Below are positions 38,677-48,906 of a stretch of DNA of 64,000 nucleotides, piece after piece. Position 1 is the first letter of the stretch. The number at the start of each line of letters is the position of its first letter. The stretch spans positions 64,001 through 128,000 of the forward strand of contig CAXXWX010000027.1 in the NCBI GenBank assembly GCA_963675745.2. The letters run 5' to 3'. Source of the stretch: Phycisphaerae bacterium. Lineage in GTDB: Bacteria > Planctomycetota > Phycisphaerae > UBA1845 > Fen-1342. Made by a program: the position numbers and the translations under genes. The notes beneath the pieces are model-generated. The model was not told the origin of the DNA, did no database searches, and was given only the letters and a program-made list of their open reading frames with translations.

Positions 38677-38964
38677 CTAGTTCTCGGGTTTCTCTGTCTG
38701 CTCGGGTTCAGCTTCGGGTTTAGGTTCATGCTCCGGCTCGGTCGAACGCGCGACAGATTGCGCGCCGGCGTCATCCTTGGGCGGATGCAGCCGATGCCGA
38801 TCGTCGCCGTCCAGGTCCATGTCGTCACCGACCTCGCGCAAGCCGCGCTTGAACTCGTTCATCGCCCGCCCCATCGAGCGCGCAACTTCCGGAAGACGGT
38901 TGCCGAAGAGCAGCAACGCCACAACCAGAATGAGTAAGATTCCCCAGTGACTAATCCCAAACAT
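38677..38964 (-). CDS. tatA: Twin-arginine translocase subunit TatA/E
   Basis: ILLILVVALLLFGNRLPEVARSMGRAMNEFKRG, acidic/Pro tail; AAGGA SD. Confidence 0.93.
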   Translation of the reverse strand: MFGISHWGILLILVVALLLFGNRLPEVARSMGRAMNEFKRGLREVGDDMDLDGDDRHRLHPPKDDAGAQSVARSTEPEHEPKPEAEPEQTEKPEN

Positions 38965-39067
38965 GATTCGTTCCTTCAGGCGCCCGGCAACGGCGCGCGC
39001 CCCAGGTATCCATAACCAACCCGCGCGGCGAGCAGGCCCCGAGCGACCGTAACCATCACTCTATTCT

Positions 39068-39096
39068 ATTCTTGCGGCAAATGGCGGCGGTGTCAA
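39068..39096 (-). promoter_or_regulatory. Putative sigma-70 promoter for tatA
   Basis: TTGACA-N17-AAGAAT on the minus strand. Confidence 0.55.
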
Positions 39097-39115
39097 AGCT
39101 GTCACGCCCCCCGCT

Positions 39116-39147
39116 GCCTCGTGGCCTTGTGGCCTCGTGGCCTCGTG
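39116..39147. repeat. Octamer tandem repeat (GCCTCGTG)x4
   Basis: gcctcgtg gccttgtg gcctcgtg gcctcgtg, intergenic. Confidence 0.7.
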
Positions 39148-39198
39148 CCCTCATCGCCCCCCCTCTTCCCATCTCCAACAAGCCGCTACACTACCCGG

Positions 39199-40593
39199 AT
39201 GCGACCGTTCCAGCAGTTCCTCCGCACCGACCGCATTCCTCCCGCTGCGCGCCCGAACTACCACGCCGAGTTCAAGCACTACTTCTTGTGGGTGATCTTC
39301 GCCGGCGCGATCGACATGAACCTCAACGGCATCGTCGCCAAGAAAACCTTTGGCGCGTCCGATCACCTCACCACTTTCATCTGGGCAATCCCCGTCCTGG
39401 CCAACATACTCAACGTGTTCTGGGGCGTGATCTGTCGCGGGCGCCGACGCATCCCGATGATGATTGTCGTCAGCAGCGGGATCGTGGCGTGCGTGGCGTC
39501 AATAGCACTGGTGCCCCGCGCATGGCAACCCTGGGCCGGCTGGGTTTTCGCACTGCAGCTTGCGGCGACTTTTGTGCTGTGGTCCGGATTGCTGACCCTG
39601 CGCGTTTCCCTCTGGCAGGCCAACTACCCGGCGGCGAAACGCGCCCAGATCGCCGGTCGCTTCCAGATCCTGCGGCTGCTGAGCATGCTGGCGGTGCCGG
39701 TCAGCCTGGGCTGGCTTTACGACCGCGCCCCGGACTCCTACCGGTTCGTCTATCCCGCCGCGGCACTGATTGGCCTGATCTCACTGATTCCCCTGCGGCG
39801 TGTCCGGGTCAAGGACGAGCACGCGGAGATCAAGAGCTTTCGCGAGCGCCAGGTTGCGCACGGACACGAGTCGCATCATACGCTCGCGGGGCTCTGGAAA
39901 GGCGTAGCCGAGGCGTTGCGGATCTTTCGCGATGACAAGCCTTTCAGAAACTATCAGGTGGCCCAGTTTCTGCTGGGGTCGGCAAACTTCTTCACCGAGC
40001 CGATCCTGATCCTGGTGCTGACGACCGAACTGCGGCTCGGTTACTTCCATTCGACGCTGATCATGACCCTGGTGCGCGCGTTCGTCATGTTGCTGACGAC
40101 GGCGACCTGGTCACGGTTTTTTGATCGCGTGGGGATCTTCCGCTTTCGTGTCTACAACAGCGCCTTCTGGTGTGTTTCCTACGCACTCGTGGCCACCGCC
40201 ATGATCATCCTGGTAACTCGTGACGCAAGCTGGTCACCGGTCGTCATTGGACTGATCGTCACGAGCCGCGTCGTGAGCGGACTCGGCGCCGCGGGTGGCA
40301 TGCTCGCCTGGCCGTTGGGACATCTGGCCTTTGCCCGCGAACACCAGGCGAACCTATATCTCGGCCTGCACGTGGCCCTGACCGGCGTGCGCGGGCTGAT
40401 AATGCCGCAAGTCGCCCAGGCCGCCCGCGCCGCGTACGGCAACTTGGTCGTGATCACGGCCGTTGTGCTCGCCACCACGGCGCACGTGCTGTTTCGCCGC
40501 ATGAAGCACCACGATCGCCGACTCGATGCAAGCCGCGCTGCCAACCCGGATGACGGCGCGGACACGCCTGAACCGCCGCCAACACGCGGATAG
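39199..40593 (+). CDS. MFS transporter
   Basis: About 12 TM segments with a central hydrophilic loop; NYP...RAQIAG and FFDRVG motifs. Confidence 0.85.
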   Translation: MRPFQQFLRTDRIPPAARPNYHAEFKHYFLWVIFAGAIDMNLNGIVAKKTFGASDHLTTFIWAIPVLANILNVFWGVICRGRRRIPMMIVVSSGIVACVASIALVPRAWQPWAGWVFALQLAATFVLWSGLLTLRVSLWQANYPAAKRAQIAGRFQILRLLSMLAVPVSLGWLYDRAPDSYRFVYPAAALIGLISLIPLRRVRVKDEHAEIKSFRERQVAHGHESHHTLAGLWKGVAEALRIFRDDKPFRNYQVAQFLLGSANFFTEPILILVLTTELRLGYFHSTLIMTLVRAFVMLLTTATWSRFFDRVGIFRFRVYNSAFWCVSYALVATAMIILVTRDASWSPVVIGLIVTSRVVSGLGAAGGMLAWPLGHLAFAREHQANLYLGLHVALTGVRGLIMPQVAQAARAAYGNLVVITAVVLATTAHVLFRRMKHHDRRLDASRAANPDDGADTPEPPPTRG

Positions 40594-40728
40594 CGTCGGA
40601 CACTCCCCCGCCTAGAGTTGCCCACCCCGCGGGCCCGACCACCCCGCGGCCCTTTGCCCTCGGAGCGCCGGCGGCTAACATGTGCCCGCGGTCGGTGCCC
40701 GCGCGAGCCGCGCGACGAGAGACGCGCT

Positions 40729-41772
40729 TTGATCAGGCGACCCAGACAGAGCATCCTGCAACGATTGACACCCGGGCTCGTGGCCTTTGTGGGCATTACG
40801 CTGCTCGGCACGCTCGGCATATATTTCATCGAGCTCGACAGTGCCGAGCCGTGGACCTTCATCGATGCGCTTTATCAATCCGTAATCACGGTGACGACCG
40901 TCGGGCTGACCGAGGCTCACGAGCTTGACCAGGCCGGCCGCCTCTTCACAATCATCCTGGCGATCGTCGGCTTCGGCATATACACGTATATTGCCGCGTT
41001 CATCGCGCAGTACCTGATCACGGGGGAATTGCAGGGCATCTGGGGCAGAAGACGCATGCAACGCAAGATCGACTCCGTAACAGACCACTTCATCGTGTGC
41101 GGCTACGGGCGGATGGGGCGGCAAGTGGCCGATGACTTCAGGCGCGAAAACCACAACGTGGTCGTAATCGACCAGTCAGAGGCGGCCCTGCAACGCGCCG
41201 TGGACAGTGGCCATCTCGCCGTTCAGGGTGACGCGGGCGATGATAACATCCTCCGCAAGGCCGGCGTGGCCCAGGCGCGCGCCCTGCTGACCGTCATCGA
41301 CGACGATGCCAGCAATCTGCTGGTCACGCTCTCGGCCCGGGCGCTGAACGAGAAGCTCTTCATCATTGCCCGCGCCAATGCTGAAATGACCGAATCAAAG
41401 CTCGTATCCGCCGGGGCCAATCGCGTGCTGTCGCCCTACGGCATCAGCGGGCGCCGCATGGCGCAAATGGCCCTGCGGCCCAGCGTGGTCGAGTTCCTCG
41501 AGGTTGTGACCCATGATCGCGAGCTGGAGCTCTGGCTCGAGGAGCTGACCGTCGCGTTCGGCTCGCGTCTCGATGACAACCAGATCGGCGGAGCGGCGAT
41601 CCGCGAAAAAACCGGGGCCAATGTGGTGGCGATAAGGCTGCGCACCGACGAGATGGTGGTCAGCCCGCCACCCGAGACACGCGTACACGCCGGCGACATC
41701 CTGATCGCCCTGGGCACGCGCAAGCAACTGGCCGAATTGCGCAAACTCGCGTTTGAACCGGTCACCGAGTAA
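40729..41772 (+). CDS. Potassium channel protein with RCK (TrkA-N/TrkA-C) domains
   Basis: DALYQSVITVTTVG pore helix/filter, HFIVCGYGRMG, QGDA, TrkA-C tail; start uncertain. Confidence 0.92.
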   Translation: MIRRPRQSILQRLTPGLVAFVGITLLGTLGIYFIELDSAEPWTFIDALYQSVITVTTVGLTEAHELDQAGRLFTIILAIVGFGIYTYIAAFIAQYLITGELQGIWGRRRMQRKIDSVTDHFIVCGYGRMGRQVADDFRRENHNVVVIDQSEAALQRAVDSGHLAVQGDAGDDNILRKAGVAQARALLTVIDDDASNLLVTLSARALNEKLFIIARANAEMTESKLVSAGANRVLSPYGISGRRMAQMALRPSVVEFLEVVTHDRELELWLEELTVAFGSRLDDNQIGGAAIREKTGANVVAIRLRTDEMVVSPPPETRVHAGDILIALGTRKQLAELRKLAFEPVTE

Positions 41773-41825
41773 GCTCGCCGCGGCCGTTGTGGTTCTCGCG
41801 GGCCGATTCCGCTAGAGTAGAGACC

Positions 41826-43361
41826 ATGCAGTTATTTGCCCCCGATTTCGAGCACGTCAAGCGCCTGCGGGCCGAGTACAACCGCGTGCCGATCACCGCC
41901 ACGCTGATCTGCGACGAGTTGACGCCGGTGAGCGCGTTTGCGCGCCTCGAAGCCGGTGCCGAGCACGCGTTTCTCCTCGAGAGCGTCATCGGCGGGGAGA
42001 AGATTGCGCGCTATTCGTTCATCGGCACCAACCCGTCCATGACCTTCGAAGCACAGGGCAAGCTGGCCCGCTTCATCGACCACGGCAACGGCGGCGCGGT
42101 GCGCGAGGTGCCGGCCGACGACCCGCTGCGCGTCTTCGAGGAGCATCTCACCCAATACCGCGTCATGCACCTGCCGGGCTTGCCGCGGCTGCTCGGCGGA
42201 GCCGTGGGCTACGCGGGCTACGACGCGATCCGCTATTACGAAAACCTGCCCAACGCTCCCACAGATGACCGCGGCCTGCCCGATTTGCTCTTCAACGTCT
42301 ACGACACGATGGTCATCTTTGACCACGTCTTCAAAACCGTGCTGGTCGTGGCCCATGCCGATCTGACGGAGTGTGCCGACGAGACGGCGATGCGGGTGGC
42401 GTACGACGCGGCCACGCGGAAAATCCGCGCGCTGGTCGAGCAGATGTCACGCCCACACCCGATGGAGCCGGTTCACGTCGCGCTGCCGATGGAGCCGCTG
42501 ACACGCTACACGAGCAACTTCCAGCGCAGCGAGTTTGAAACGGTCGTCGAGCGCTGCCAGGAATACATCCGCGCGGGTGACATCTTCCAGGTCGTGGTCT
42601 CACAGCGCTTGCTGGTCGAGACCGCGGCGCGCCCGTTTGATATCTACCGCGCGCTGCGCGTCATCAACCCCTCGCCGTTCATGTTCTACCTCAAGTCGCC
42701 GCGGACCATGCTGGTGGGAGCCAGTCCCGAGATCATGTGCCGTGTCGAGGATGGTATCGTGACCAATCGGCCGCTGGCCGGCACGCGCCGCCGGGGTGCA
42801 ACCGAGGAGGAAGATCTACGGCTGCGCGACGACTTGCTCGCCGACCCCAAGGAGCGGGCCGAGCACGTGATGCTGGTTGACCTGGGCCGTAACGACGTCG
42901 GCCGCGTGGCCCGGCCGGGCACGATCGAGCTCAGCGAAGTGATGTCGATCGAGTATTACAGCCACGTCATGCACATATGCAGCAATGTCACGGGCGAGCT
43001 TGCCGAAGGACGCACGGCTTTTGATGCGTTGCGTGCCACCATGCCCGTCGGAACGGTGACCGGCGCGCCCAAGGTCCGCGCCATGGAGATTATCGATGAG
43101 TTCGAGCCGCAGCGCCGTGGTCCATACGCCGGCGCGGTGGGCTATATCGATTTCAGCGGCAACATGGACACTTGCATCGCGCTGCGCACGATGGTGATAC
43201 AGCCGGCCGCGGGCGGCTTGTACAAGACGTACATCCAGGCGGGCGCCGGAATCGTCGCGGATTCCGTGCCCGCCAGCGAATTCGAAGAGACGCTCAGCAA
43301 GGCCAAGGGGATGCTCACGGCGATCAACGTCGCCGAACAACGCTTTCACAAACCCGTGTAG
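41826..43361 (+). CDS. trpE: Anthranilate synthase component I
   Basis: FLLES, ARYSF, AGDIFQVVVSQR, NPSPFM, PLAGT, EHVMLVDLGRND, GAPKVRAM, QAGAGIVADS. Confidence 0.95.
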   Translation: MQLFAPDFEHVKRLRAEYNRVPITATLICDELTPVSAFARLEAGAEHAFLLESVIGGEKIARYSFIGTNPSMTFEAQGKLARFIDHGNGGAVREVPADDPLRVFEEHLTQYRVMHLPGLPRLLGGAVGYAGYDAIRYYENLPNAPTDDRGLPDLLFNVYDTMVIFDHVFKTVLVVAHADLTECADETAMRVAYDAATRKIRALVEQMSRPHPMEPVHVALPMEPLTRYTSNFQRSEFETVVERCQEYIRAGDIFQVVVSQRLLVETAARPFDIYRALRVINPSPFMFYLKSPRTMLVGASPEIMCRVEDGIVTNRPLAGTRRRGATEEEDLRLRDDLLADPKERAEHVMLVDLGRNDVGRVARPGTIELSEVMSIEYYSHVMHICSNVTGELAEGRTAFDALRATMPVGTVTGAPKVRAMEIIDEFEPQRRGPYAGAVGYIDFSGNMDTCIALRTMVIQPAAGGLYKTYIQAGAGIVADSVPASEFEETLSKAKGMLTAINVAEQRFHKPV

Positions 43362-43377
43362 AATCTGTCCCAATGTC

Positions 43378-43517
43378 GTGGTACAGGTCTGTAACCTGTG
43401 ATACTCACCGGTTGAAAACCGGTGCCACGGAACTATCCACGGCTGACAATGAGCGGTACGGTGCGGCTCGCCGCACCGGCAACCTGCATCAGCCGTAGGG
43501 TGCGGCTCGCCGCACCT
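43378..43517. repeat. REP-like palindrome cluster between trpE and rlmN
   Basis: gtggtacaggtctgtaacctgtg / caccggttgaaaaccggtgccac inverted pair, plus two copies of gta(c/g)ggtgcggctcgccgcacc. Confidence 0.75.
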
Positions 43518-43548
43518 GCTGACTGCATCAGACAATGAGTGATCGACC

Positions 43549-44649
43549 ATGACCGACGCGTCCGACAACGCTGCACACGAACCCTCCGGTTTGCCGGACG
43601 ATGACCGCCTGCATCTTCCCGGCGTTGACCTGCCGACTCTGCGCCGCTGGATCGTCGAGCGCGGCCAGGCGCGCTATCGCGCCGAGCAGATCTTCGACTG
43701 GATCTTCAACAAGCACGCCGACTCGTTCGCCGCGATGACCGTGTTGTCCAAGGAGCTGCGCGCCTGGTTGGCCGAACACGCCGACATCTACCGATCAACG
43801 ATCGTGGACGAGGCCTCGGCCGGCGATCTGACGCGCAAGCTGCTGCTGCGCTGGCCCGACGGCGAGTGCGTCGAAACCGTCTGGATTCCGGACGGCCAGC
43901 GCAACACGGCCTGCCTGTCTTCACAGGTTGGCTGCCCGGTCGGCTGCGCGTTCTGCGCCAGCGGAATCGACGGCCTGAAACGCAACCTGACCGCCGGTGA
44001 AATCGTCGAGCAGGCCCTCCGCGTGCAACGCATCATCGAACCCATGCGCGCCACCGACCCGGCCGCCCGGCTGACCAACATCGTCATGATGGGCATCGGC
44101 GAGCCGCTGGCCAATTACGATCAGGTTATCAAGGCGATTCGCATCATCAACGCCCCCTGGGGCCTCAACATCGGCGCACGCCGTATCACGGTCAGCACGG
44201 TCGGCCTGCCAGCGCAAATCCGCAAGCTGGCCAAGGAAGAGCTTCAGCTCAATCTGGCGCTCTCGCTGCACGCGCCCGATGACGAACTGCGCCGCAGGCT
44301 GGTTCCCTGGGGCAAGGTGCCGATTCAGGAGTTGCTGGACGCCTGCAGCTTCTACTTCCAGGAGACCGGGCGCGAGATCACGCTGGAGTACGTGCTGCTC
44401 GCCGGTGTGAATGACCGCTCGACGCACGCCGCCAAGCTCGCGCGGATCGCCAAGCAGTTGCGCGCCAACGTCAACTTGCTGCGTTACAACCCCGTCGCGC
44501 GCTTGTCGTTCGAACGCCCGGATACCGAGAGCTCGCAACGCTTCCTTGAACAGCTCCGCGACCGCGGTGTCAACGCTCATCTGCGCCGCTCGCGCGGGCG
44601 CGACATCAATGCCGCCTGCGGCCAATTGCGTCGGATGCAACAGCGTTAG
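43549..44649 (+). CDS. rlmN: 23S rRNA A2503 / tRNA A37 C2-methyltransferase RlmN
   Basis: CLSSQVGCPVGCAFC, MGIGEPL, TVSTVG, LSLHAP, DINAACGQL. Confidence 0.97.
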   Translation: MTDASDNAAHEPSGLPDDDRLHLPGVDLPTLRRWIVERGQARYRAEQIFDWIFNKHADSFAAMTVLSKELRAWLAEHADIYRSTIVDEASAGDLTRKLLLRWPDGECVETVWIPDGQRNTACLSSQVGCPVGCAFCASGIDGLKRNLTAGEIVEQALRVQRIIEPMRATDPAARLTNIVMMGIGEPLANYDQVIKAIRIINAPWGLNIGARRITVSTVGLPAQIRKLAKEELQLNLALSLHAPDDELRRRLVPWGKVPIQELLDACSFYFQETGREITLEYVLLAGVNDRSTHAAKLARIAKQLRANVNLLRYNPVARLSFERPDTESSQRFLEQLRDRGVNAHLRRSRGRDINAACGQLRRMQQR

Positions 44650-44677
44650 TGCCACTTCCAATTCAATTGTCTGCACT

Positions 44678-44755
44678 GTAGCGGCCTGCGCCCCGCAGGC
44701 CGTCGCTGTAGAATCTGTTCCCGACAACAGCCGGCCGGCGAGGCACCGGCCGTCA
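44678..44755. repeat. GTAG-type REP-like inverted pair
   Basis: gtagcggcctgcgccccgcaggccg ... cggccggcgaggcaccggccg; same family as 9586-9610. Confidence 0.65.
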
Positions 44756-44869
44756 CGCGTTGGGCAAGGCGCAGCGCGAAACACGAGACGCCTCCGGCGG
44801 AAACGGCACTGGTACCCGTCCAGCCGGGGATGCCTGCCGGGCGGCACGTCTGTTACACTACGACACGCC

Positions 44870-45808
44870 ATGCGACACCGTGTGCTATTGGTCGGGGGGC
44901 TGGATTCGCGCGCCGAACAGCGCCTCAGCGCCGGCGCGGATGTCGTGCGCGCCCAAGCCGACGATGAGGAAACGCTGGCCGCCGCCATCGTCGATGCTGA
45001 CGCGCTTGTTGTGCGAACGAATGTGCGCGTGACGCGCGCCATCCTCGCGGCGGGCCGGCGTTTGCGCGTCGTGGGCGTGGCCGGCGTCGGCACTGACAAG
45101 GTGGACATGGCCGCCGCAAACGAGCTGGGCATCGTGGTCCTCAACCGTCCGGGCGCCGCCACCGACGCCGTCGCCGAGTTCACCATCGCCCTGATGCTCA
45201 ACCTGCTGCGTCCCATGGCACGTCTGATGGACCAGTACCGCGCCGGCGGGTTTCGCGCCGCGCGGGCCGCAGCGCACGGCGTCGAGCTGCGCACGCTGAC
45301 GGTTGGCATCGTCGGCATGGGACGCATCGGGTCGGCGGTCGGGCGGATTCTCACCAACGGGTTCGGCGCTTCCGTGTTGTATAACGACATCATCGACGTC
45401 GGCCCGTTCGACTTCGACGCCAGGCGCGTCGACAAACCCGCAATCTGGTCGCAATGTGACATCATCACCCTCCATGTGCCGTTGACCGATCTGACTTACC
45501 GCCTGGTTGATGAAGGCGTGCTGCGCCAGATGCGCCCCGGCGCATTCCTGATCAACGCCGCTCGCGGAGCCGTTGTGGACACCGACGCGCTCGTGCGGGC
45601 GCTACGGGAAGGCTGGATCGCCGGGGCCGGGCTTGATGTCACCGACCCGGAGCCTCTGGCGGCCGACCATCCCCTGTTTGCAATTGAAAACTGCCTGACA
45701 ATGCCACATGCGGCCGCTCGAACGCACGGCGGAATCGAGCGCATGTACGCGGTCGTCGACGATGTGCTCGCATTCCTCCAAAGCGATCGGCCGGAATCCC
45801 GTGGTTGA
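44870..45808 (+). CDS. D-isomer-specific 2-hydroxyacid dehydrogenase (SerA-like, no ACT domain)
   Basis: GVGTDKVD, GIVGMGRIG, LHVPLT, LINAARG, GLDVTDPEP, PH. Confidence 0.92.
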   Translation: MRHRVLLVGGLDSRAEQRLSAGADVVRAQADDEETLAAAIVDADALVVRTNVRVTRAILAAGRRLRVVGVAGVGTDKVDMAAANELGIVVLNRPGAATDAVAEFTIALMLNLLRPMARLMDQYRAGGFRAARAAAHGVELRTLTVGIVGMGRIGSAVGRILTNGFGASVLYNDIIDVGPFDFDARRVDKPAIWSQCDIITLHVPLTDLTYRLVDEGVLRQMRPGAFLINAARGAVVDTDALVRALREGWIAGAGLDVTDPEPLAADHPLFAIENCLTMPHAAARTHGGIERMYAVVDDVLAFLQSDRPESRG

Positions 45809-45888
45809 CACGCGACACACCGAGCGACACTCGCCGACATTCGACTTGGAGTTTTCGCACCGATCATGACGACTCCCGCAAGCAGAAG

Positions 45889-47616
45889 ATGACAATGCCC
45901 CGCCGGCTCGGCTCCCAAGTACTGACGGTCTTTCTGCTCGCGATACTCGCGCTGGTGCTGATCACGCCGATCGTGACGGTGTTGCGTCAGGGCTTCATAT
46001 TAGACGGCCGCTTCACGTGGTTCTGGGTCGAGGAAGTGACGCTGGATCGGCTGTATCGCGATGGGTTGCTGAACAGCGCGCTGATCGCCGTCTGTACCAC
46101 GACGCTGTGCCTGGTCATCTCGGTTCCCCTGGCACTGCTGGCCAACAACCTGGAGTTTGCCGGCAAACGCTGGTGGCTGGCACTGATCCAGGTGCCGCTG
46201 ATCATGCCGCCTTTTGTCGGGGCGCTGGGCCTCAAGGCGCTGCTCTCGCGCAACGCCGGCGTCAACGACGTGCTGGCGGACATGGGGCTGATCGACCCGG
46301 CACACCCGATCGACTTCATGAAATACCCGCTCGCCGCCTGCATCGTGCTGGAAGCCCTGTATCTCTATCCGATCACGTTTCTCAACGTTCAGGCGGCCCT
46401 GGCAAACATGGACCCCGCGCTCGACGAGGCCGGACGAAACCTGGGCGCCGGGGCGCTGCGCCGTTTCTTCCGCATCACGCTGCCGCTGATGCGTCCCGGG
46501 TTGTTCGCCGGCTCGACGATCGTGTTTATCTGGTCATTCACCGAGCTCGGCACGCCGCTGATGGTCGGGCTGGAGAAGGTTACCGCCGTCCAGGTATTCC
46601 GCAGTCTTGAAACCACCAATCCCAGCGGCGACGCGTACGTGCTGGTCGCCGTCTTGTTGGCCAGCAGCGTGCTGCTCTATCTCGTGGGCAAGCTGGTGCT
46701 GGGGCGTCCTCTCGTCGGCATGATGGCCATGGCCACCGTCGCGCCCGAACCGACCAGACTCGGCCGGCTCGGTACACTGGCCGCCACCGCCCCCTTCGCA
46801 ATTGTTTTCTTTATCGCCGTGCTGCCACACATTGGCGTGATCCTCAACAGCGTGTGCCCGGTGGGCGAGCTTACGCTCGACCCCCGGCACATGACGGTCG
46901 GCTATCACGTGGAACTCGCCAAGGATGTCCTCGCCGGGCGCGGCGTTGCGGCGGGCAGTGTGGTCAACAGCTTCAAATACTCTATTACCGCCACACTGAT
47001 CGACATCGTGCTCGGGTTTGCGATTGCCTACCTGATCGTGCGCCGGCGTAGCTGGCTCACCGGACTGCTGGACAACCTGGCGATGCTGCCCCTGGCGGTG
47101 CCCGGGCTGGTATTGGCCTTCGGCTACTTCACGATGACCCAGCCGCACTCGATTTTCGGCGACACCTTCAGCGGGCTGAATCCGCTGAAGAACGACCCGA
47201 CCATGTTGCTGGTGATCGCCTACGCCACACGGCGGCTGCCGTTCATGGTGCGTGCGTGCGCCGCCGGGCTCGAACAGGTCTCGGTGGCGCTCGAGGAGGC
47301 GGCCCTCAACCTGGGCGCGGGGCCGATTCGAACCATCCTGACTATCACGGTGCCGCTGTTGGCGGCCAACCTGATCGCCGGCAGCCTGCTTGTATTCAGC
47401 CGCAGCATGCTCGAAGTTTCGGACAGTCTGATCCTGGCGTTTGACGCAAACACCTACCCGATGACCAAGGCGATCTACGACCTCGCCGACCTGCCGGGGT
47501 CCGGCCCCGAGACGGCGTCGGCGTTGGGCGTCTGGGGCATGGCGATACTGACAATCACCATCGTCGGCGCCTCGCTGGCGATCGGCAAACGGCTTGGCGC
47601 GCTGTTCCGAATCTGA
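45889..47616 (+). CDS. Fe3+/thiamine-type ABC transporter permease (FbpB-like, fused two halves)
   Basis: PLIMPPFVGA, two EAA loops (LDEAGRNLGA, LEEAALNLGA), PLAVPGLV. Confidence 0.92.
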   Translation: MTMPRRLGSQVLTVFLLAILALVLITPIVTVLRQGFILDGRFTWFWVEEVTLDRLYRDGLLNSALIAVCTTTLCLVISVPLALLANNLEFAGKRWWLALIQVPLIMPPFVGALGLKALLSRNAGVNDVLADMGLIDPAHPIDFMKYPLAACIVLEALYLYPITFLNVQAALANMDPALDEAGRNLGAGALRRFFRITLPLMRPGLFAGSTIVFIWSFTELGTPLMVGLEKVTAVQVFRSLETTNPSGDAYVLVAVLLASSVLLYLVGKLVLGRPLVGMMAMATVAPEPTRLGRLGTLAATAPFAIVFFIAVLPHIGVILNSVCPVGELTLDPRHMTVGYHVELAKDVLAGRGVAAGSVVNSFKYSITATLIDIVLGFAIAYLIVRRRSWLTGLLDNLAMLPLAVPGLVLAFGYFTMTQPHSIFGDTFSGLNPLKNDPTMLLVIAYATRRLPFMVRACAAGLEQVSVALEEAALNLGAGPIRTILTITVPLLAANLIAGSLLVFSRSMLEVSDSLILAFDANTYPMTKAIYDLADLPGSGPETASALGVWGMAILTITIVGASLAIGKRLGALFRI

Positions 47617-47678
47617 CATAAACTACACGTTCACGATGCGCCGTACCGCAGTCAGGCGTAGCGTGCGGAGGTTGACCC

Positions 47679-48794
47679 GTGTCCGAAAAGCCGCCCGAAG
47701 GTGTAGTTGCCCTGGTCGATGAGCTGGTTCGCCGCGCTGTAGCCGCGCGAGCCAGCGACCTGCACTTCGAACCCGCCGACGACGGCCTGCGCGTGCGCCT
47801 GCGCGTCGACGGCCTGCTGCAAGATGATCAAACGCTACCGGCCGGCGTGGCGCCAAATGTGATCGCGCGCCTCAAGGTGCTCTCGGGTCTGCTGACCTAC
47901 CGCACCGACATCCCCCAGGAAGGCGGTATCGAACGCGGGCACGGTCAGTATGCTTGCGATATTCGCGTGGCAACCTTCCCCACCGTGCGCGGCGAGCGCG
48001 CCGTGTTGCGCCTGATGGGCAACGCGCGCAGGCTGCTGGACCTCGACGAACTCGGGCATAGCGCCGAGCTAACCGCGCGCTTCGCCGAGTGTCTGGAGCA
48101 ATCGCAGGGGCTGCTCGTCGTGTGCGGACCCGCCGGCAGCGGCAAGACCACCACGTTGTACGCGGCCTTGAATCACCTGCGTGCGCGGCTGCCCGGCGCC
48201 AGCATCCTCGCAGTCGAAGACCCGGTCGAGGTGCGCATGGACGGGATCACACAGATCCAGGTGACGCCCCACCGCAACCTGACCTACGCGGTCGCGCTGC
48301 GCAGCCTGTTGCGTCAAGACCCACAGGTTTTGATGATCGGCGAGGTGCGTGACGCGGAAACGGCGCAGGTTGTCGTCGAAGCCGCACTGACGGGGCATCT
48401 GCTGCTGACCACGATGCACAGTGGGTCGCCCGCGGCCGCGATCATTCGCTTGCTGGAGCTGGGGATACCGGCTTATCAACTCACGAGCACGCTGCACGCG
48501 GTCCTGGCCCAGCGCCTGCTGCGCACCTGCTGCACGCACTGTGCCGGCGCCGCTGGTAAGACGGACTGCACGTTCTGTCTGGGCACGGGATACGCCGGGC
48601 GATCGGCAATCGGCCAACTGGTCACACTTCACGACGCCCTGCGCCAGGCGATCATGGGCGGGGCGGATGCCGCCGAACTGCGAGAGCCGTGTCGCGGCAC
48701 CGGGACGCTGGCGGATGACGCGCAGCGCCTCATCGCCGCCGGCCATACGACGCAGGCTGAGGCGGAGCGGGTGCTGGGCGGGCCCACTGGCTGA
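47679..48794 (+). CDS. GspE/PilB-family secretion ATPase (short, no N-terminal domain)
   Basis: ASDLHFEP, RLRVDG, GPAGSGKTTT, VEDPVE, LRQDP..MIGEVRD, TGHL..TTMH, CxxC...CxxC.GTGY.GR. Confidence 0.93.
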   Translation: MSEKPPEGVVALVDELVRRAVAARASDLHFEPADDGLRVRLRVDGLLQDDQTLPAGVAPNVIARLKVLSGLLTYRTDIPQEGGIERGHGQYACDIRVATFPTVRGERAVLRLMGNARRLLDLDELGHSAELTARFAECLEQSQGLLVVCGPAGSGKTTTLYAALNHLRARLPGASILAVEDPVEVRMDGITQIQVTPHRNLTYAVALRSLLRQDPQVLMIGEVRDAETAQVVVEAALTGHLLLTTMHSGSPAAAIIRLLELGIPAYQLTSTLHAVLAQRLLRTCCTHCAGAAGKTDCTFCLGTGYAGRSAIGQLVTLHDALRQAIMGGADAAELREPCRGTGTLADDAQRLIAAGHTTQAEAERVLGGPTG

Positions 48795-48855
48795 ACGTGG
48801 CGGCCGCTGCCGAAGCGTGTGCCACCGCTCTCGCGCAGTGCGGTCCAGCGCAAAA

Positions 48856-48906
48856 TGTTAGAAAATTAACTGTTGCAAACCGGTATCCTGTGTTAAACTA
48901 TTAACA
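48856..48906. promoter_or_regulatory. Tandem palindromic operator sites overlapping a putative promoter
   Basis: TGTTAG-AAAA-TTAACT (48856-48871) and TGTTAA-ACTA-TTAACA (48891-48906) flank TTGCAA; TG-N-TAAACT overlaps the second site. Confidence 0.6.

Noticed and set aside
40888..40915. K+ channel filter TTVGLT rather than TVGYG
   Set aside because: Filter variation is common in this RCK-channel subfamily; not enough to claim altered selectivity.
43357..44720. Shared tgtagaatctgt on either side of rlmN as possible IS/MITE ends
   Set aside because: Direct rather than inverted orientation, only 12 nt, no transposase or clear target duplication.
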